This document shows positions 55,230 through 64,000 of a stretch of 64,000 nucleotides of DNA, piece by piece. Source of the DNA: Octopus vulgaris (taxonomy: Eukaryota); the NCBI GenBank assembly GCA_951406725.2, contig OX597838.1:15686001-15750000 (forward strand), read 5' to 3'. A program made the position numbers and the translations under genes. Positions within the stretch are counted from its first letter, which is position 1; each line of letters begins with the position of its first letter. The notes beneath the pieces are model-generated. The model made no database searches. It saw nothing but the letters and a program-made list of their open reading frames with translations, and was not told where the DNA came from.

Positions 55230-55898
55230 TATATACAGAAGTGCTATAACATTGTTGTGAAATAAAACCAAGTGAACGAAAGTAATCAGTGCTATTATGT
55301 AGGATGGAATGAGTTAGCCAGAATGAATAGCAAATCTGAGTTTCTCGTTGACGATCGTCAGAGGAATCATCTAATGATGAATGAAGCATCTTTCTTTTAT
55401 ACGCATCGACTGGATATACTAAGGTAACATTAAAGACTTTCTTGTCATGACTTACTGGTGTCATATATAGGCGCGTGGAGTCTTAAGTTCATCGTTGCAA
55501 TCTGCTGTGCAATCTTTTCTATCTAAACATCTTCAGTGGCTGCCTCTCTCCAGTTCCGACCACGATTTCTTCCAGATAGATATTGGTAGGCAGATGCAAA
55601 GACAGAGAAAGAGAAATAGAGAGAGGGTATCTGAGAGAGATAGACAGGGATAGATAGATAGATAAATAGAGAGAAAGAGAAAGACAGAAAGAGTGAAAGA
55701 GAGGGAGAGAGGGAGAGAGAGAAAGTGGGACAAAGAAAGCGAGATTAGAATCGACTCCAGCAATATGCCAGACTCCAGTAAGATGAAAAACAACGAGTGT
55801 GCATGTATATATGTTTATATAAATACACACACACACAATCAATCAAATGCCAACATTTTATGTTGAAATTCCATTGACTAATATATTTACCTATACAA

Positions 55899-56150
55899 AG
55901 GCGGCGAGCAAAATGCATAGCAGCATTTCCTCCTTTTTTTCTTTTTTTTTTTCTGAGTTTAAATTCCACCAAGAACATTTTGAATGTCCTCCGTAAACTC
56001 TGTACGACTCGTCAGATTATAAATTTGCACCAGCAAAGTCATCATCCTTTCGGGATCGATAAAATAAGGACCAGTTTTGCATTGGAATCCATGTAATCAA
56101 CATATATCTTCCCCTAAAGTTGCTGGCCTTGTGCCAAAATTTGAAGCCAG
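55899..56150 (+). mobile_element. SINE family B, interrupted/degenerate
   Basis: catcctttcgggatcgataaaataagga...gctggccttgtgccaaaatttgaa. Confidence 0.6.
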
Positions 56151-56423
56151 TATATGTATCTGAACACAATTATACAAACTTTGAAATGTACATATACAGG
56201 ATTGGCCATATTTAATTCACTTATTTAATTCCAAGATTTATTTATGTTTAACAATTAAAGGAATTCAATAAAAGCATCAAAATATGAAACATGAAAATTG
56301 TTCAAACTGAAATCCATCTTGACCGACACATTTTTCCATTCGAGTCAATACAGAATTATAGATAGCATTTATGGAATATTGATTTAATGTCGGGTGACTT
56401 TTGGCCATCCTGAATAGCCATAT

Positions 56424-56809
56424 GGAGTGGAAGCATTCCGTCGGTTACGACCACGAGGGTTCCGGTTGATCCGATTAACGGAACAGCCTGCTCGTGAAAT
56501 TAACGTGTAAGTGGCTGAGCACTCCACAGACACGTGTACCCTTAACGTAGTTCTCGGGGATATTCAGCGTGACACAGAGCGTGACAAGGCCGGCCCTTTG
56601 AAATACAGGTACAACAGAAACAGGAAGTAAGAGTGAGAGAAAGTTGTGGTGAAAGAGTACAGCAGGGATCACCACCATCCCCTGCCGGAGCCTCGTGAAG
56701 CTTTAGGTGTTTTCGCTCAATAAACACTCACAACGCCCGGTCTGGGAATCGAAACCGCGATCCTATGACCGCGAGTCCGCTGCCCTAACCACTGGGCCAT
56801 TGCGCCTCC
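56424..56809 (-). mobile_element. SINE family C, full length, tRNA(Arg)-like head, 10-bp TSD
   Basis: Minus strand ggaggcgcaatggcccagtggttaggg...ggtttcgattccc; TSD atagccatat at 56414-56423 and 56810-56819. Confidence 0.92.
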
Positions 56810-56867
56810 ATAGCCATATACATACACGCCTGCCGCAATCTCATAGAAATACTCATATATAGACATA

Positions 56868-56990
56868 GGCATGGCTGTGTGGTTAAGAAGCTCGCTCTTC
56901 TGCCACGTTGTTTTGGTTTCAGTCCTACAGCGCGGAACCTTGTATGTCTTTCTATTTGGTTGACGGAAACTGTGGAAGCCTCTCGTGTAT
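56868..56990 (+). mobile_element. SINE family A head
   Basis: ggcatggctgtgtggttaagaagc...gacggaaactgtggaagcc. Confidence 0.65.
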
Positions 56991-56999
56991 ACATGTAAT

Positions 57000-57383
57000 G
57001 GATGGAAGCACTCCGTCGGTTACGACGATGAGGGTTTCGGTTGATCCGAATCAACGGAACAGCCTGCTCGTGAAATTAACGTGTAAGTGGCTGAGTACTC
57101 CACAGACACGTGCACCCTTAACGTAGTTCTCAGGGATATTCAGCGTGACACAGAGAGTGACAAGGCCGGCCCCTTGAAATACAGGTACAACAGAAACAGG
57201 AAGTAAGAGTGAGAGAAAGTTGAGGCGAAAGAGTACAACAAGGGTCGCCCCCCCCCTGCCGGAGCCTCGTGGAGCTTTAGGTGTTTTCGCTCAATAAACA
57301 CACACAACGCCCGGTCTGGGAATCGAAACCGCGATCCTCCGACCGCGAGTCCGCTGCCCTAACTACTGGGCCATTGCGCCTCC
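57000..57383 (-). mobile_element. SINE family C, full length, second copy
   Basis: Highly similar to 56424-56809; imperfect TSD ata.atgtaat. Confidence 0.92.
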
Positions 57384-57586
57384 ACATATATGTAATATAA
57401 AGAAAGGAATACCATAATCAATCCCTTGCCCTTTCTCTTATTATTGATGTGCACTTTAAATTACGTTTTAATCCTTCTGGAGACCGCATAGTGCAGTGTG
57501 GGGTTACGCAACGGTAGGAGATTAATGTTATTACGAATAAGAACCGAAACCACAACAGAAAAATTGTCGCGCATTGAGCGAACCCA

Positions 57587-57656
<70 letters not shown>

Positions 57657-57950
57657 GTGCGCGTGTGATTACATATGTATATATGTGTATATCTGTGTAT
57701 GTGAATACATATCTTTGTCTGTGTATATATGTGTATATTTGTGTGTGTGAATACATATCTTTGTATGTGTATATTTGTGTGAATACATATCTTAGTATGT
57801 ATATATATGTGTTTGTGTGTGTGTGTGCGAATACATATATATATATGTGTGTATATATATGTGTGTGTGTGTGAGTACATATGTATATGTGTAAATGCTT
57901 TGTGTGCGCGTATGTGCGTGCGTTTATGCGTAAATATGTGTGTGTTTGTG

Positions 57951-58260
57951 AAGGCGTATGGCTTGTCAGGGCATTCGGCTCACGGTCGCGAGCTCGGTTC
58001 CAGACAGCCTGTTGTGTCCTTGAGCAAGAATCTTTATTTTATGCTGCTCCATTCCACTCAGCTGGAAAAAGCATGAGCCGTACATGTAGTACAAAGCATC
58101 AGCCTTGACACATTCTGCGTCACGCTGAATCTCCCTGAGAACTATGTTAGGTGTACGCGTGTCTGTGGAGTGCTCAGCCACCTGCATGTTAATCTCCCGA
58201 GTAAGCTGATCCGTTGATCGGATCAACTGGAATCTACGCCAACGTAACCGGCGGAGTGTC
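57951..58260 (+). mobile_element. SINE family D
   Basis: gaaggcgtatggctt...gttgtgtccttgagcaaga...gtcacgctgaatctccctgagaact...gttgatcggatcaactggaa. Confidence 0.8.
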
Positions 58261-58264
58261 AGTT

Positions 58265-58296
<32 letters not shown>

Positions 58297-58475
58297 TGTA
58301 TGTATGTATGTATGTATGTATGTATGTATGTATGTATTATGTATGTGTGTGTGTATGAATATATATGTATAATTATGTGTGCGTGTGTGTGTATGTGTGT
58401 TTGTGTGTTTGTGCGTGAGTGTGATTATCAAACAAAAGTACAAGTTCATCGCACTATATATATATATATATATAA

Positions 58476-58730
58476 CTGTGTGGTAAGAAGTTTGCTTTCC
58501 AACCACATGGTTCTGAGTTCAATTCTACTGCGTGCCACCTCGAGCCGACTAAAGCTTTGTGAGTGGATTTAGTAGAAAGAAGCCCGTCGAATGTATATAT
58601 GTTATATATAGGTGCGTGCGTGTGTGTGGGGGAGGGTGTATGGGCCTGTGGGTATGGGTATGTGTGTGTGTGCGTGTCTGTGTTTTTCCCCCCTTCTACC
58701 GGTGTTGGTGTGTTTATGTCCTCGTAACTT
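58476..58730 (+). mobile_element. SINE family A, degenerate
   Basis: ctgtgtggtaagaagtttgctt.ccaaccacatggtt...aagcccgtcg...accggtgttggtgtgtttatgtcc. Confidence 0.7.
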
Positions 58731-58829
58731 TTTTAATTAAACGGACAATGAAAAAATTCTATATGTGGCTGAAGATTGCTCGACATTTTAAAACTGATGT
58801 AATACTTACAGTGTTTAATAAAATGAAGT

Positions 58830-59100
58830 AGCATGAAACGGTTGTACTACACTACCTTGGATATCCGTGTTGCTTATTTTGATTATAATCACCCTGTTTG
58901 ATTTATATGGATAATACCATACCAAATTCTGGTGCCTTTAACTTAAGCACCATATTCATCTGAATCTAAATTACTATTATGCAAATTAAACAAAGAAAGA
59001 CTTAAGCCAATACATAAAATAATTTATATAAAATTTAATTAAAATAACCACTACGATCGTTTCGTGTCAGCACTTCTATGAGACATTCTTCAGTTGGTTT
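58830..59100. mobile_element. Penelope-like termini with hammerhead cores on both strands (plus-strand half core 58830-58848; minus-strand full core 59046-59099)
   Basis: Plus gcatGAAACggttGTA; minus AACCA-a-CTGAAGA-aTGTC-loop-GACAc-GAAAC-GATC-GTA-g-TGGTT. Confidence 0.65.
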
Positions 59101-59162
59101 CAAAACCTTCTTTGCAGGTTTTAAACTATATACTATATATATATATATATGTGTCATATTTG

Positions 59163-59545
59163 TTTATTCTTTTGCTTGTTTCACTCACTTGACTGCGGCC
59201 ATGCTGGAGCGCCGCCTTTACTCGAGCAAATCGACCCCAGGACTTATTCGTTGTAAGCCTAGTACATATTCTATCGGTCTGTTTTGCCGAACCACTAGAT
59301 TACGAGGGACATAAACGCAGCAGCATTTGTTGGCGAGTACAAACACAGACACACAAACATATACACACACATACGTATATATATATATATATATATACGA
59401 CGGGCTTCTTTCAGTTTCTTTCACAAGGCTTTTGTCGGCCCGAAGCTATAGTAGAAGAAACTCGTCTAAGGTGCCAAGCAGTGGGTCTGAACACGGGACC
59501 ATGTGGTTGGTAAGCAAGCTACTTATCCACAGCCACTTCTGTGCC
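59163..59545 (-). mobile_element. SINE family A, full length
   Basis: Tail, internal TA/CA tract and head all present. Confidence 0.85.
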
Positions 59546-59596
59546 TGGCGATTTTTTTCCTCTGTCTTCCCTTCTCTGGATCTTTCCTTCTCCTAT

Positions 59597-59631
59597 GTTT
59601 CCGACGAAGAGCTCCGCTCGAAACGTTAAAC
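59597..59631 (+). ncRNA. Minimal hammerhead-like core, family HH1 (element ~59546-59735)
   Basis: GTTT-CCGACGA-A-GAGC-tcc-GCTC-GAAAC-GTT-AAAC. Confidence 0.6.
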
Positions 59632-59811
59632 CCTCCTTCTTCCCTTCCTTCTTGAGCGTCCAATAATACTATATTTGTTCCACGTCCTCGCGTTGTTGTG
59701 TTTTCTCTTTGTGTTTTCATGTTTGGATTAACTTTATATATATTTATTTATCTATTCTTTATTTATCTAGTTTCAGCTCACAAGCTGTGGCCATGCTGGG
59801 GCACCGCCATC

Positions 59812-59880
<69 letters not shown>

Positions 59881-60027
59881 CTTGCAGGTTTATACAACAA
59901 AAGTATAAGTACATCGCGAGTACACACGCGCGCGCAAAAACACACTCGCACACACATATACATGTATATAAACACATATATATACACACATATATATATG
60001 TATATATGTACCCATACATATATCATG

Positions 60028-60059
<32 letters not shown>

Positions 60060-60106
60060 TGCTTATGCATATAAATATATATACATACATACATATATAT
60101 ATATAC

Positions 60107-60192
<86 letters not shown>

Positions 60193-60482
60193 CATTTATA
60201 TAATATATGTATATAGTGCAGTGTACTTAAACGTTAGTTGGCTACCGAATGTTGACCTGTGACCCAGAGGTCTTTGATGATTTATATTTATTTTTATATG
60301 CTACTTTATTTATTGATTATTTAAGTTATGTTGTACTTTGTGATCTAAGAATAGACATTCCAATGTTTGCACTTTTTTCTTTACTTTTCTTTCCAGTAGA
60401 TAAGGCACTCCTGGCGGTATTATATATACTAGCTGACGTGTGTGTGTGTATGTGAGTGTGACTAGTTATATATATGTATATG

Positions 60483-60573
<91 letters not shown>

Positions 60574-60594
60574 GTATATGTATATATATATGTG

Positions 60595-60626
<32 letters not shown>

Positions 60627-60929
60627 TATGTGTATATATATGTATATGTGTATATATATATATACACATACATATATACATATGTATATATTATAGACAT
60701 GTAAGTATATATACATGTGTGTGTGTATGTATATATATATAAGTTTATATACGTACTACTTATAAGTCTATGCACACGCGTAAACACACATATATGTGTA
60801 TATGCACTCACACGTGACTGTGCAAATATATATATATAGTAAATAAAAAAAAACACAAAAGAATTCCACAACGCGAGAACGTGGTACATGTAAAGTAATA
60901 ACAAACGCTCAGGGAAGGAAAGAAGGTTG

Positions 60930-60964
60930 GTTTAACGTTTCGAGCAACGCTCTACTTCAGAAAC
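60930..60964 (-). ncRNA. Minimal hammerhead-like core, family HH1 (element ~60838-61025)
   Basis: Minus strand GTTT-CTGAAGT-A-GAGC-gtt-GCTC-GAAAC-GTT-AAAC. Confidence 0.6.
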
Positions 60965-61233
60965 ATAGAAAAGTCTAGTAGAAAGGAAGGCGGAGGAACA
61001 AAATCGCCAACGATTCACACGTGGTTATATTTTAAAATGACCGGAAGGGAATGAGTGAAGATAAAGTTCTTTCTGAGTCAGGAGAGTGTGAGAGAAGGAG
61101 ATATGTGTGTATGTAGGTGTGCATTCTTGTGTGTGTATGTGTGTATGTCTGTGTATGTGTATGTGCGTATGTGTATGTGTGTGGGAAGTATATGTGAGGT
61201 ATATCTGCATTGATGTGTGTATACACACACATA

Positions 61234-62080
61234 TCTCTATATTATAATTCTGAAATGCGAAAAGTTTGTTTGTTTGTCTGGTTTTGGCATTGAGAACGGG
61301 TTAAAGGCCACTAGATCCCGTCGGATTGACTCCAAAATTTACAGGGACATGTAAAATGAGGTGAGGATGCGAGTGGGCTAGGTTAGAAATCCCCATCTTA
61401 AAAGGTGTCGTTGCTAGGGCCAAAAATGCACTTTGATAAGTCTACTCTCATTTATGTATCTGTCTTCCTCCATCACTCACTCTCTTTCCTCCCTTCCTTT
61501 CACGTTCTATCTATAACGTCGTTTCACAGCGTCTAACTCCCTTCCCTTCACATTGTCTTTATAACGTTGTTTCACAGCGTCCTATATCTCCCCCTCCCCG
61601 CCTTCGACAGCGCTTTCACACACACTCTCTCTCTCTACGTCTGTCTGCATTAATAGAGAGAATTATCATCGCCACCACCACCACACAATCATGAGAACAA
61701 ATATTATGAATCAGATATTTATTGGGTTAATTTATATATGTGTGCGTGTGTGTATGTTCTATAAATAAATATGTATATATATAATGTATATATACAAAGT
61801 GTATATATCTGTATTTACGTATATTAAACTTTTTAATACTTTTTGATAGTTATATATATTTTTAAAAAAATTAAAAATATAAATTAATAATTTTAATTTT
61901 AAATTTAAATGATTTAAATTTTTAAATTTTATATATTTTGTATATTATATTTTTATTTTTATGTTTTGGTTTATGTTTTTCACTGTTTTATTTGCCTAAT
62001 AGTGGTTTTATCTCTAATTTAATTTATATGTATATAATTTGCATATATTTGTATACATAATGTGTACACACGCACGCACA

Positions 62081-62130
<50 letters not shown>

Positions 62131-62133
62131 CAC

Positions 62134-62186
<53 letters not shown>

Positions 62187-62343
62187 CAGCTGAAAATATG
62201 CACACCTATGTTAAAAGTGCTGGCGAGTTTGCATGGCAACTATTTTTATCCTCAAATGAAAGGCGTGACCTCTAGGACAAAATTCCTCATCTTATAAGAT
62301 GTGACCCGAGTAGACCCGAATGAAATCGGGTTATATTAACCAA
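61234..62343 (+). mobile_element. Probable non-autonomous Helitron (degenerate 3' end)
   Basis: 5' tctctatattataattctgaaa...gtttgtttgtttgtc; internal ~50-bp tandem repeats 61490-61620; hairpin acccga-atgaaa-tcgggt near 62314-62331; terminal CTAG not intact. Confidence 0.5.
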
Positions 62344-62397
62344 AATGTGAAAAGCGGTCTAAATGGGGCTGGAAGGGGATTAAAATTTACAGGAGCA

Positions 62398-62680
62398 GGT
62401 GTTTAGGAATTCTCTGTTACATCAAGCTAAAAAATTTGCGCCAGCCTTTTAATCGTCAATGTGTTGCCGTCCATGATGAAGAAGTTTTGAATGCTTGCCA
62501 TGGTGAGTCTACTTTCGTGAGAAAGAATCACTTCAAAACTTGGTGTTTAGGAATTTTCTTTTACATTACGTTCAAAATTTTACGCCAGCCGTTAAACTGT
62601 CAATACGTTGCTGTCCGTCGTTAAGAAATGCCAGCCATGGTGACTCTACTATCCTCAGATTCTATCCCTTCAAACTTTGG
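62398..62680 (+). repeat. Two diverged ~140-bp tandem repeats
   Basis: ggtgtttaggaatt...cgccagcc...gtcaat...gttgc.gtcc...gccatggtga.tctact...cttcaaa occurs twice. Confidence 0.75.
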
Positions 62681-62976
62681 TTTCCAATTTTTTTTTTTTT
62701 TATTCAGCTCGCAAGTTCGTCTGTCCCTTTTAAATGTTAGCGTTTTGCTATCTGCCTTGAAGCAGACCTTTCCGTTGTCACTGCCTGATATTTATGATTG
62801 ATCTTTCAAAATATATTCTTTCTCAACTTACTCAAGATCTTTTGTAGTTTATAAATGGGAGAGAGATAGATAAAGATAGAGAGTAAGAGAAAGCGATAGA
62901 GAGTTCGAGAGAAAGGAAGAGTAAGAGAGTGGGAAAGTGAGAGAGAAAGGAGAGAGGAACAAAGAGGGAGAATCAA

Positions 62977-63275
62977 CATCATCATCATCATCGTTTAACG
63001 TCTGTTTTCCGTGCTAGCACGGGTTGGACGGTTTGACCGGGGTCTGGGAAGCTAGGAGGCTGCACCAGGCTCCAGTCTGATCTGGCAGTGTTTCTACAGC
63101 TGGATGCCCTTCCTAAGCCAACCACTCCATGAGTGTAGTGGGTGCTCTTTTCGTGCCACCGGCACTGGTGCAAGGGGGGGGGGGGTGGCAGCGGCCACGA
63201 TCAGTTGGTGCTTTTTACGTGCCACCGGCACAGAAGCCAGTCAAGGCGGCCACGTTCGGATGGTGCTTTTTACGT
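62977..63275 (-). mobile_element. SINE/retroposon 3' part (family F) ending in (GAT)n
   Basis: Minus strand ggaagggcatccagctgtagaaac...ggaaaacagacgttaaacgatgatgatgat. Confidence 0.75.
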
Positions 63276-63578
63276 GTCGAAAGGAAGCAATAGAAAGTAA
63301 CAATCACACTCTTACCCGCGACTAGAGCGATCACCTTTAGCTAGTATATATATAAATATATATATATAAAGTGAAGTTTTGTTGCCGACTTAATGTGGCA
63401 CCCCCTGTCAAGGGAGGAATGCTACTGCTATTTAGCCCCAGGAAACATCGTTTCCAGTTGGCTATCTCACACGAGCGTTCTGTGTCCCAAAGTTTTCAAA
63501 CAGGGGAGATGAGCACCTCCACCCAGCAAAGCCAGCATCCAGAGACTGTGTATATAAAAGTATTTATATATTTATACA

Positions 63579-63651
<73 letters not shown>

Positions 63652-63753
63652 AATAGACATGTAAGTATGGCAGCATTTTGTAACCAAAAATGAAAGCCGA
63701 CACATACGTACGCTGCTGTTACATGCATGTGTGATGATGTATTTGTACTGGCA

Positions 63754-64000
63754 CATACATACATACACGCATACATACATACATACATACACACATACAT
63801 ACATACATACATACATACATACATACACGCATACATACATACATACATACATACATACATACATACATACATACATACATACATACATACATACATACAC
63901 ACATACATGCATACATACATGCATGCATGCATATGTACGTACATACATACATACATACATACATACACACATACATACACACATACATACATACATACAC
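63754..64000. repeat. (CATA)n microsatellite
   Basis: Directly visible. Confidence 0.95.

Noticed and set aside
56735-56809. tRNA gene-like sequence (also ~57310-57383 and ~20255-20310)
   Set aside because: A/B boxes present but acceptor stem not closed; they are SINE heads continuing into shared bodies, with a TSD at 56424-56809
63310-63345. Possible Helitron 3' end (...tagctag|t)
   Set aside because: Hairpin poor and no matching 5' end can be assigned confidently

Overview
AT-rich, extremely microsatellite-dense animal genomic DNA with no recognisable intact host gene. It is probably intronic or intergenic; the repeat repertoire suggests an octopus/coleoid cephalopod (inference, not verified). 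Nearly all ORFs in the track are translations of (TA)n, (CA)n, (TATG)n, (GATA)n and triplet repeats. The real content is: several tRNA-headed SINE families (about 35 copies, modular), three decayed Tc1/mariner transposase remnants, hAT-type MITEs (one with a perfect 8-bp TSD), non-autonomous Helitrons, and restriction-like-endonuclease (RLE) LINE fragments (Dong/R4-like in (AAT)n; CRE-like). The most interesting signal is a set of short elements sitting in (TA)n tracts. Many are fold-back (inverted-arm) structures and carry minimal hammerhead-ribozyme cores (CUGANGA-stem II-GAAAC-[palindrome]-GUH), with helix I covariation between copies. This fits Penelope-like retroelement termini or non-autonomous ribozyme-bearing derivatives. 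All coordinates were read by eye; boundaries of degenerate repeats are approximate. Family labels (SINE A-F, HH1, element X) are my own working names.
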